A stretch of 64,000 nucleotides of DNA, taken from positions 1 to 64,000 of the forward strand of contig NMRA01000479.1 of assembly GCA_002633005.1 (NCBI GenBank). Direction: 5' to 3'. Both the position numbers and the translations under genes were made by a program. Positions 53,740-64,000 of the stretch are shown here, one piece after another. The notes below the pieces were generated by a model that did no database searches, was not told the origin of the DNA, and was given only the letters and a program-made list of their open reading frames with translations. Every line of letters starts with the position of its first letter. Position 1 is the stretch's first letter. The stretch comes from Phoronis australis. Taxonomy: Eukaryota; Animalia; Phoronida.

Positions 53740-54103
53740 ATAACAGTGCAGGTGGTCTGATGTCATTTGCCGTGCATCAGACATGCGCAGGCCTCATGGT
53801 TGGGCCCATTGCACAAAACACCTGAGCAAAGGCACGAGACCCCAATTATGGCTCCTCGTGAAGAAAGTTTTCAAGTCTGCCAGTCTCCTTTAGGAAAACG
53901 GACAGACGTTTCCATTTGTTGCCATGCACTATATGTAGTGGGCATGTAACAGTGCCATCCAGTAGGTTGCTCCTTAGCCTATAAAAAGCTGGGCAAGACT
54001 CTACCAGGTGTTTAGGAAATTCTACGTCAGTACCACACTCAGGACACACAGGGCTCCCCATATGCCCAGTAATGTGTCTGTGTCGGGCTAGGTTACAGTG
54101 CAC
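53740..54103 (-). mobile_element. 3' fragment of an I-group-like LINE (C-terminal CCHC region and 3' UTR)
   Basis: HCNLARH..SPVCPECG..E..KHLVESCPAF..LR...FLKETGRL. Confidence 0.7.
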
Positions 54104-54159
54104 TAGTATTTATTTCTTAGAATTGGATGAGAAAATCGTTTCAAAATGCTTCTAGGCCA

Positions 54160-54372
54160 AAACCAGGTTTGGTATCCTTTTAATTGACCGATTGTATTGA
54201 GAGTTTCTTTTCGCTTCAAGTTTTGTTCTGCAGATTTTTTACTGCTTTTGTTTTTCTGAAATAAAGTTTGTCTCTTCCTGGCATGGGAACAAGATGGCAA
54301 GAATTCTTCTACCGGTATATCTAATTTCAATACACCCCCAGCAGCTGAATCGCAAATCATCCTCTCTGCCAT
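54160..54372 (-). pseudogene. C-terminal fragment of a DNA transposase (hAT-like)
   Basis: AERMICD..GGVLKLDI..EFLPSCSHARKR...KRK resembles the tail following the hAT dimerisation domain in invertebrate elements. Confidence 0.45.
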
Positions 54373-55384
54373 TGCATTGTTATTCGTACGACTGTGTTTG
54401 GTGGGAGCCCGTCCGGTTCCGCCTTGTTGTATTGTCGGCTGCGAATTGAACTCTTTGTCTAGTTTATCTGGCGTTCTTCCTTTAAATTTTCGACATCAAT
54501 TTTTCATTTATTGGAAACTTTCCACACAATTGTGTCCTTGTGACAGGATGAAAACAAAAATAACTAAGGATACATTTCCCGCTACACTGTCCATATAAAC
54601 AGTTCATCCAACCTGCAATGTTTAAAATTAAAAAAAAAAACATCCTACTGATAGAACAAACTCCAAACAACTGACAAATTTCACATTTGTTTATTTGTCA
54701 TCTTCCTGTGGTGAGCAAGATAACTGAATTTTCATGACATTCTTAAGCAAAGGAAATAGATTTAGACATTTCAAGTTGTTGAAAAAAGTATAATTAAGTT
54801 GACTGTTTCCAAACCCTTTTCACCCAACCTTTAAAAACAGATTATACATTCCATTCTACTAAAAGGATTCCTCTCTCAGAAGCACCATTCTTCACAATTT
54901 TTTTGTTCATTTAATTCTGTTTGTTTGAACCAAGAGATGGAGAGACCTTTCAAGTGGTTTAACACACCAAGCCATGGAGAGACCATTCAAACGGTTTAAC
55001 GCACCAAGTCGTGGATTGTTGGATCTAGCTTTTTGCAAAGAAGCTCCTGACCTTACTGATGCATGTTAGCCACAACTATAAACAAGGGCAACGCAGAGCG
55101 TTCAAATGCGCCCACAATTGCACCGCATACGGTATCCTTCTAGGGATGTTTATTGGTACCATAAAGTGGCCAGTAGAGGGCATATATGCAGTATGTTGTA
55201 CTTTGCAAAATGGAAAGGCATGGTCATTGTCTCCTCAATAGGCTAGGGGCAAAATGTGAGTGATCTTCATAATACAAGCACATCCTATACATCAGTTGCT
55301 TAAAGCACCACAGAAACATAGAATTAAAAACAAATTTACCAACATACGAGATTAGCACAGCATTAGAATGCCAGAAACAAATTT

Positions 55385-55570
55385 NNNNNNNNNNNNNNNN
55401 NNNNNNNNNNNNNNNNNNNNNNNNNNNNNNNNNNNNNNNNNNNNNNNNNNNNNNNNNNNNNNNNNNNNNNNNNNNNNNNNNNNNNNNNNNNNNNNNNNNN
55501 NNNNNNNNNNNNNNNNNNNNNNNNNNNNNNNNNNNNNNNNNNNNNNNNNNNNNNNNNNNNNNNNNNNNNN
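55385..55570. other. Assembly gap (N run)
   Basis: Run of n. Confidence 1.
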
Positions 55571-56352
55571 GGATGTCGCAAACTAGGTCGAATCCATCCG
55601 AAAACAGGAGGATAGCGTCATCACACTAATAGGTCCCTACATACCAAATTTCATGAAAATCCATTAAGGACTTGTGAAGATACAGAGGTAAACGTAAAAA
55701 AATAAAATTGCCACTAGGGGGCACACTGGTAGGCGGATCCGTCCAAAAGTCGTCATCGTCTGTTGTTAACATAATATAAATAAACTTATTAAATTTCGTA
55801 AAGATCCTGCGAACGGTTTAGGAGATACAGCCATAGGCGCAAAAAAACAAAACTGCCACTAGGAGGTGCCACAGTAGTCCAAATCGTCTGAAAATCATCG
55901 TCAACCATCCTCTACATAGTAAGCATATACATGCCAATTTTCACAATCATCCTTCGAGCAGTTTGGTTGATAGAGGGGTGGACGCACAAAAACAAGACTC
56001 GAAAACACAAAATGGCCACTAGGTGGCGCAAACTATGTCGAATCCATCTGAAAACGGGAGGATAGCGTCATCTCACTAATAGGTGCCTACATACCAAATT
56101 TCATGAAAATCCGTTCAGGACTTTTGAAGATACAAAGATAAGCGTAAAAAAATTAAAATTGCCACTAGGGGGGCACACCGGTAGTCGGATCCGTCTGAAA
56201 GTTCGCACATGCCGTCCCATTCATGAATGGAACATATGTGCCAAATTTCATGAACGTATGTCAAAGGGTTTTGGAGATAAAGCAGCGGACGCCGCCCGGA
56301 CGGAGATGACGGCATAATGCGTCCACATATAAATATGTGGGCGCATAAAAAA
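55571..56352 (+). mobile_element. Non-autonomous Helentron-type element (Pearl/HINE-like) with central ~150-bp repeats
   Basis: Repeated ccaaatttcatgaaaatcc units, (cgga/gacg) microsatellite remnant, terminal hairpin atgcgtccacatat-aa-atatgtgggcgcat, then an A run. Confidence 0.8.
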
Positions 56353-56542
56353 TGCATTTTCAAGTAAGTTCTGCTATCTAAATTATTTCAAAGTATAGAA
56401 TTCCTCTTCCAAATAAAAATGTTGCACTCGTTCTACACATTGTAAATTGATTTCACTTCGGAAAACATGACAATTGTCAGTAATGTGAACACCTGAAGTA
56501 AATGTATTGAAAATTAAGAAATCAAAAAAAATTTTAAACAAT

Positions 56543-56548
56543 TTTATT
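56543..56548 (-). promoter_or_regulatory. Likely NDUFS1 polyadenylation signal
   Basis: AATAAA on the minus strand ~400 nt after the stop, followed by T-rich sequence. Confidence 0.55.
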
Positions 56549-56950
56549 TCAAGTACACTTTACAAAATCACACTGTGTGACATGACCACTATTGGAAATG
56601 TCGGGCGTACTATCTCGATTATCTGCCAATTGAGTGTTGTCATATAGTGCTACTCACAAGTTGCACTTCAAGGTTTATATTATCATATTCATGTGAAATC
56701 CACCAATAGAGCGAATTTGTGAGGTATGACCTGGTAGCCTCTTAGCACGTTGTACATTGAAGTTTCAATAAATGCTTCCAAAGTTACATTCAACTTACTG
56801 CTAAAACTGTTCACCACACTATCAATATTAATGGTATCCACAAATCAATGACACTACAAATTACAGTTAGTGCTAACAATGCAAGTTACTGACATGCCTC
56901 AGCCACAATCACCAAAGTTCTGTACAATAAATATTTTAACAGTCTCCTAT

Positions 56951-57100
56951 TCAGTATTTGTTTGATTCCTCCGCTGTTGCTGCCTGGACACATTTGGCCA
57001 TAGTTGATGATGCGCGACTGATGCAATCCGTCATATAGTAATCCTTCAGTTGCAAAAGTCCTGGTGTTAGGGGTTCCATGGACATCTGGACGTTGACACT
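56951..57100 (-). CDS. NDUFS1: NDUFS1 terminal coding exon
   Basis: ttgcAG acceptor; [34 protein letters not shown] (conserved DxYMTDxISRAS.TMAKC). Confidence 0.95.
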   Translation of the reverse strand, partial: SVNVQMSMEPLTPGLLQLKDYYMTDCISRASSTMAKCVQAATAEESNKY

Positions 57101-57494
57101 CTGCAAGAACATCATTATGTTAATCCACTTCATCTGTCTAAGCAATTTCAAAATGAAAGGACAGGCTTGATTATTCTGATACTGACGAAAACTATAGTTC
57201 AAACTGTCCATCAGAAACACATTCACCAAAGACTTGATTCCCTTTTAAACGTCAACACTTGACCACCGGAGAATGGTGGTTTTCAATCTTTGAAATCCTG
57301 CAAAAAGCGCGATATGGCCTTCATTGGCACTTGTTTGTTTGAAATTCAAGCATACGTTGTGCAGTTAACAGTCACACAATGTTACTACTTCAACTGGTGA
57401 GCTAAAAATGATAATCTCTTTCTCAGAAACTAAAGCACACAGTAAGCAATTTAATGCATCAACATCCCCCACAATACTTAATCCCTGCAGAATC

Positions 57495-58613
57495 ATTTTT
57501 TTACTGAAGAATCAATTATTTCCTGAAGATCAATCCCTTTTATGTGTGTGTGAGTGTGTGTTTGTGCGTGTGTGATCACTTTGTCTGAGCTCGCGGTTGT
57601 CTGCTCGATATTTCAAAAACCATCTTCAGGTTTTCATGAAATTTTGCACAAGGGTGTAAGGCATCATTAGAATGGTTCGTGCCACTTTTCAGTCAGCCCC
57701 ACCCTCTGTGGTCAGGGGATGTGGCTATTTTGGTATTTTTGGGGAAGAGTGTCTTGTTTCTAGAGAAGGCCTTGCGAGATTTCAATGAATTTTTACACAG
57801 AGGTAGGTGAAATCAATGCACCAGCATCACTAAATTTTCGGGCAGAGTCCACCATTTTGCTTTCGACAAGGGGCTTTTCAAGTGTTGTTTGGGATGAGTG
57901 TTTCGGTACGATACCTAGAGAGTCGACTGATGCATTTCGTTGAAACATGACAAAGAGGTATACGATGAGAATCCATAGGCACCATTTGATTCCACAACTG
58001 CTGCACCTCCTAGTGGCCATTTTGTGTAGAGAACCCATTAAAGGATTTTAATGAAAGCTGACACAGAGGTTTGGGATGTCAGTGCACTGGCACCATAAAA
58101 TCTTCGGGCAGAATAAACCACTGCAGCAACTCTAGAGGCCATTTTGTTATCCATGAGGAGTTTTTCAAGTGTTGTTTGGCAGAAGAGTGTTTCTGGATGA
58201 TATCTACAGAAATGATTGACAGATTTCAATGAAACTTGACTAAGAGGTACGTGATGATAATGCACCAACACTATTTGATTTTCAGGCTCATTTGACGACT
58301 GCAGCATCATAACAAGAGGCTTTTCAAGTATTGTTTGGGAAGAGTGTTTCTGGGTGATATCTAGAGAACCAATATATTTCAATGAAACTTTGGTATATGA
58401 TGACCATGCAGTGGCACCATTTTGTTCTCAACAAGAGTGTTGTTTTGGGAAAGAACATTCCCGGATGATATCTAGAGAAATGATTGACGGATTTCAATGA
58501 AAGTTGTGTCGGAAATATATGACAATGCGCATGCACAATTTGCTTTTCTGGCTAATTTGACATCAGCATCAGCATCTCCTAGAAACACCGTTTGCCTCAG
58601 CATTGCACTTGTT
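57495..58613 (-). mobile_element. Helentron-type non-autonomous element in the last NDUFS1 intron
   Basis: T run, (TG)n microsatellite, repeated gatttcaatgaaact/atatctagaga units, ends cttgtt. Confidence 0.7.
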
Positions 58614-58664
58614 TACTGCCGAATCACTTTTTACTGTAAAATCACATTTTACAGATTCTCTGAC

Positions 58665-58799
58665 CTTGGACAACTGTTGGGCTTGTGCAAAATAGTTGGC
58701 TTCTTCAATCTCATCATATCTCGTCAAGTTGGGTGACACTTCCTCTAGTCTGTCACGGATTTCTTGGAGATCTTCATACGGAAGCGTAATACCGCTTAT
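58665..58799 (-). CDS. NDUFS1: NDUFS1 exon
   Basis: AG/GT bounded, phase 0-0; [45 protein letters not shown]. Confidence 0.95.
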
Positions 58800-58914
58800 C
58801 TTTAATAGAAATAAATCAACAGTTGGAAGTCAAAATCATAATCAATGCTGTTCCATAAGCTGCTACTCCATCGAAAGCTTACTCAGAACTCTATACATGA
58901 GCAAGAATGAAGTT

Positions 58915-60945
58915 TTTACAATTCGCAACAGCGGAGTTGTAACCGAATCGATTTAACGATTGCGTATGTCCGGAAATTAGGGTGCGCAAAGGCTATTGGG
59001 ATTGATTAGGGTATGTGGAATGGCCAATTGGTTTGCACAACGTGTGATTTGTGTGTATTAAAGTACGCTGCTGTATGTAATTCTGCTGCTATTCGCCATA
59101 AAGAGTGCCCATGCCCCAAAAAGTGCCCCAACGCGTTTTCAGACTTTGCTAAAGTAAGCACCCAGCACATGAACTACATGCGAAAAATGTCTTACCAACA
59201 GTTCTAACGTCTACAATTTGTCAATTGAAAGATCCCACAGTCCTGAATTTGTAGAGCACGAGCCTCACCGTTATGTCTGTATACACTTCAAACTTACGCC
59301 GCGATGCAAAAAGAACGCAAAAGTTTTGCTGCTCTTGCGAGGGATGTGCCCCACTACGCGGGTCTGGACTTTGAAAACAGACGCAGCGTACTTGTCAGCG
59401 AGATTGCATCGTTTCTTTCCGGTACAGATCTTCACCGGCCTCAACAGGAATCCAAACTTCTTTGTACACGTGAAAACTGTGAATCGAAGACTAATAAAAA
59501 AACTTGACCAGTGTTAGCACGCGGCCAAGAAGCGCGCGCTGCATAATGTACCGGCTGTCATCAAAGACATTTAGTCGGGAACTATCTATTCATGAAACGG
59601 GTAACATAGCATCGGCAAGAAATAAATATTGACACTAATTTCCGAAAGTTTCTAATACCGTAAAAAACTTTTGCATTATTTTTAAGAGAAATTCAGTGTT
59701 CTCCACGGCCTGTTTTAACTCGACGCTGTAACGAGTTTGGATTTTGCAGCGTTGAGTTTGGAAAATGCGCGTCGAGTTTAGAAAGTGCTGCGTCAGGTTT
59801 GAACTTTTGTCCAGGCTTGGTATTTCAGCCCTCAANGCGGTGACTCAGTGAGTGACATATTGGTATTACCGAAACAATTTTCGAACGTGTTTAGCAGATG
59901 AGGCCAGCAAGTGTTAAGCTAAATATTAAAACACGCTCAGCTTGACTGCTTGAGTTAATTTCATTGGATACAATGCACATCTAGATCATTACATCGCATT
60001 TACTCTGGCAAATGAAATCTGATGACAAGCACACGCACACTTACTCTCACACAAACAAACTTCAAAACAAACGTCACGTGACAACAACATGTGTGTTCCT
60101 CCAGAGATTGTTCTCGTGTTGCGCAGATTTGGACTTAATCTGCAGTTAATCCAGACTACACAAGAACTTAAAAATCTTAGACACGCTATTTTGAAAACTT
60201 GAGGAGGATTTCAGGTAATTTATTGAGTCGAAGCTGTATTCTTATTCAAGAATTCAAGCCCCATCGACGATTGCGAGACCGGCAACTACGCATTTGTCGG
60301 CGAGATTTCGCCCTTGGATTTCAGCACAATTTTCTGAAAATGATCATAATTTGACAACGAATTTTGATAGCAATGCACCACAATTTTGTAGAAAGTAAAT
60401 AATAATATTCTGCACACTTTATCTTAGCGTTAGTACGTTAAGTGAGTCGACCCAGAACAGGTGATTGTGCAGAGGCCATGATTATCCTCAAAATTGCTCA
60501 TGTTGGCTTGGTTCTGGTCAAGCGAAAACAAGTTTTTTTTTTCACTACCAACCGCCGTGGAGTATTTTGTACTCTGTTTCTTTCAAGGGAAATATTGTTG
60601 GGCAGTTTCCAAGATACGTTTTCTTGCCGCCCTCAAAATGAGCGCTGCATACTTTATGATACGAAGTCGGAAAGAATTCACTAAGTCGGCCTTTGCTACA
60701 AGCTCTACCGATGTGTCTGAACCATGTTTAACGCAGTTCTTGATCCTTGGGAAACACTATAACTAAATTCTTAATCTCGCTAACTGGTATTATAGCAGCC
60801 AGGCACACCACACGTGTAACCTCCCTGTGGCCGGTTCGCCCCCACACTTGCCGACGTACTTGTTTACCGGCTTAACCACAATGCAACATTCTGACCCATT
60901 TCCAATATGGCGGTGTTGCAACTCCGCTATTGACTGAATTCCTCG
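58915..60945 (-). mobile_element. Kolobok-like THAP transposon relic in an NDUFS1 intron
   Basis: Inverted repeats aattcgcaacagcggagttgtaac (58920) / gttgcaactccgctattgactgaatt (60915-60940); TTAA at the right flank; clear THAP domain inside. Confidence 0.65.
60583..60826 (-). pseudogene. THAP domain relic
   Basis: GGYTCGVPGCYN..FPKDQELR*TWFRHIGR..FFPTSYHKVCSAHFEGGKKTYLGNCPTIFP, with stops and a frameshift. Confidence 0.88.
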
Positions 60946-61255
60946 TTAAGAAGCAGGAAGTAAGAAATACAAACTTTGAACAAATATCACGTGAAGCTGA
61001 AAGTGGTGTAGCAAGTTAATTTTGAAAGCAAAAACGAGGTGAATATTAAAAACTGCATGTTGCAAAGATGTTACTGAAACCAAATTCCCTTGAGCAGTCA
61101 AAACACTTGCTTAAGAATTACAACCAATCAAAAAACAGGCATTCTGAGAATAAAATCACCTCAAGTCAAATAGGCAGCAATGTTTCAATCACAGCCTGCT
61201 TATGTAATACACAAATAAACATTCACATATACCCATTAATAAAAGTCATTCGCAC

Positions 61256-61431
61256 CTCAGACAGGGCTCTGATGATCTTCCAGTCTTCTCTAGCCATTCC
61301 AGGTGGACTTACAGCCGTCTGTGTACGTTGTGCTCGGCCCTCCATGTTCACATATGTGCCATTCTTCTCGGTGTAGGCTGCCCCAGGCAGTATAGCATCA
61401 GCTAGCAGGGCGCCTCTATCGCCATGGTGAC
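61256..61431 (-). CDS. NDUFS1: NDUFS1 exon
   Basis: phase 1-0; [59 protein letters not shown]. Confidence 0.97.
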
Positions 61432-61654
61432 CTGGTGAATTCCAGGTTACTGGTTAGTTATTTAGAGAAGGAAACAAATTCACTACACCCACCTTATCAA
61501 GGTAAACATTAATTTAGGACATTCCCATCAATATGGGACACTGAACTGACTTTGCCAAGCTTGATAACACAAATGAGTCATCCACTTAAGTCTCAAATTT
61601 AATTCCAATATTCCTTAGTCAACAAAATTACAACTAGAAAAATGGCAAGTGAAT

Positions 61655-61782
61655 CAAAGTGAACAGCCTAGACTATAGACATCACACAAAGTGAACAGCC
61701 TGGACCATAGACATCTCACAAAGGGAACAGCCTGGACCATAGACATCACACAAAGTGAACAGCCTGGACCATAGACATCACA
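61655..61782. repeat. 32-bp tandem repeat, 4 copies (intronic)
   Basis: caaagtgaacagcctggaccatagacatcaca. Confidence 0.92.
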
Positions 61783-61841
61783 CAGTGCAGTGCAGAACAT
61801 GAATAATGAAAACAAGCCAATATCAAATAGGTACGTGTTAC

Positions 61842-61995
61842 CTTGGTAAACAACAAAACAGTCGCCAGGGATATCCTCTTCTGTCACAGCCCCCTCATCA
61901 GCTCCCAGCAAGAACAGCAGCTTTGGTGGGTTGTCACGGATACTGGACACGCCCGCCTTGTAGCCAAGGTCAAGTGCTGCCACCTGGCTAGCCAC
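61842..61995 (-). CDS. NDUFS1: NDUFS1 exon
   Basis: phase 0-1; [37 protein letters not shown]. Confidence 0.97.
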
Positions 61996-62485
61996 CTGCA
62001 GCGACACAATTTGTGAGGGATTGAGGATAACCAATGATTTAGCACACACCAAAGTTAAAAAGTAGTTCTATATTTTTAAACTTTCAAAAAAATGATAGAA
62101 AAACTTTACTTCATTAGTACCACAGCTTGTCACAAAATAACATAAATGAATTTCAGATCACTGGAAGCAAAGTATTTGGCCTTTGAAAAAAATGGTAATT
62201 TCGGCAATTATTTTTGGGCAATTACTAAAAAATTATCAAGTTAACCAAGAAAAATCGAATTGTTCCAATTTTGAGAATTTTTAAACACGAGGGGGCACCT
62301 GAAAGTAAATGTTAACAATAATACCTTTGCAGTAAGACGCAAGCAGAAAGACATTATTTCAGAAAAATTAATTAAAAAAATACTGCAAAAAATAAGGAAT
62401 CCAAATGAAAACATTTTAAGACTGAAGGCAGTGTAGCAACAGTTCACATGAAGACCACCAATAAACTGCCAGCATGGCTACTCAC

Positions 62486-62647
62486 TCTTTGCAGCACATT
62501 GAGGACTCTCCAGGCGTTATCACAACCACTAGATGTCCTCACAGTCTGTGCTAGTTGTGAGACTGTGGAGTGAAGAGCAGCGCCATCTGGCCGCTGCAGC
62601 GCAGAACTACCAATAACAATCATGGGTTTCTTGGCAGCCTTCAGCCT
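62486..62647 (-). CDS. NDUFS1: NDUFS1 exon (upstream exons not seen in this window)
   Basis: tttcAG/GTGAG, phase 0-0; RLKAAKKPMIVIGSSALQRPDGAALH..WRVLNVLQR. Confidence 0.96.
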
Positions 62648-64000
62648 CTGAAAATAAAAATAAAGAATGAGAAAGAAAAACAAAGAAAAAATTACCATGT
62701 ACTGCAGAATAAAAACATTTTTAGAACTGTGTAATATAGCCCCTGAAACCACTAAACGCTATGAGACGAAACTATGCAAAAATACACAAATTGCAGGCAT
62801 ATTTCGGGTAATTTTTCTAATTTTATGCCAAGTAAGTGGTCATTTTTTAATTGCGCCTCGAGTAAATTTTCGGCATCACAGGAAAGAAAATTGAAATGTA
62901 TAAAACAAAATACTAACAGACTAACACATTATTTTGTCTTACGGTCTGCTGATAAAACTGACCTCAAAAAGTACACTGCATTATTAACATATTGTTCCAT
63001 CTCCCAATCTGAATATTGTCCATTACAAATACATTGTGAATCCTAGAATTGAAAATGAGCTCACACCCATTTTAGATTGACTGCTCAGAAGTAATGAGGT
63101 CATTTCATGCATGTTCAACAAATCTGATTCAGAAAAACAAATGAGAGTGTCATACTCAAATTTGCCTTTCACATGCAATTCGTTGAAAAAACAACTAAAC
63201 GTTTTGTTTAAAAGCTTGATACTAAGTCGATCATAGTGTTGGAATAATATCCTTTTTTCTGGTGCACAGCTATACAACAAAACACCGAGAGACATAAAAA
63301 ACAAACAAATTACAACACTTAGCTTTATTTTGAGACGGTATGTCTCATCAGCAGGCAATAAGTAGAATGAACATAGACATAGCGAAATAAACACGCCAGT
63401 GAAATACAAGAGATAGCGGGAAGAGGGGCATATAAACACAGAGTGTGAAGGCAACACACAGTGAGAAGCCCACAACCCTATCGAAACAGAGCCATCGTGC
63501 GGTGCACACTACTGAGCTGCTCATTCAACACAGGTTTTTTGTAGCGATTCCAAAATCTTTAGCCAAAATCTGTCACTTTCAACATAGCTAACAATGATAT
63601 TGTCTACTATTTCTTGCCTAGTTATTTTTTTGGCCATGTTGGTATACAAAATGATCTTGAATAGACACCCCTTGCAAGTGCGTGGACAACTGTCACAAGA
63701 GACAACACACCATGTGTCTAGAATGCAACGCTGTTCACGAGAATGATGACGAAGACATGTGAATTGGTAAACATTACATTTGGCCACTGGTCGTTATCTT
63801 TCACGACTGGGACTGTTTTTCATGACATGGTGACGCGACTTTATATTCTGATAATAAATAACTACATTCAATCTACCACTAGGTTAACGTTATCCCTTAC
63901 AATCTTCTTAAGCACAAAGTTTGTGTTAACCTAGGGCTACTACCAAACTATACTGATCACATACATTTCAAAAGTTCCCTAAATACTCTGATTAAAGTTG

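Noticed and set aside
55363-55586. ORFs spanning the second N run
   Set aside because: Artefacts of the assembly gap
63023-63475. 150-aa minus-strand ORF within the NDUFS1 intron
   Set aside because: No similarity to the expected upstream NDUFS1 exon; composition typical of intronic noise

Overview
AT-rich, intron-containing animal DNA. The repeat landscape suggests a marine invertebrate, possibly a lophotrochozoan (inference). It is not prokaryotic: no operons, CRISPR arrays, rRNA or convincing tRNA. Host genes are (i) the last five coding exons of mitochondrial complex I 75-kDa subunit NDUFS1 on the minus strand (62647 to 56951, all GT-AG, frame consistent) and (ii) two phase-1 WSC-domain exons on the plus strand (462-745, 3795-4112). 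Most of the rest is a transposon graveyard: a 5'-truncated CR1/L2-group LINE; an intron-containing Harbinger transposase with one nonsense codon plus Harbinger-type MITEs; a pogo-type element with a HIRAN-like passenger; a Gypsy LTR element with the RT domain deleted; an Academ element with long TIRs and a GAG TSD; THAP/Kolobok-like relics; hAT-type MITEs; Helentron-type non-autonomous elements; a 36-bp minisatellite; and two assembly gaps. The most unusual object is a ~4.4-kb element (27624-32017) bounded by perfect 38-bp inverted repeats. Its decayed multi-exon interior reads, by eye, as zinc finger, tyrosine-recombinase-like motifs, acidic linker, then PHD-like finger, suggesting a TIR-bounded YR transposon. 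That reading is a hypothesis needing HMM confirmation. All family calls come from manual motif recognition; no searches were run.
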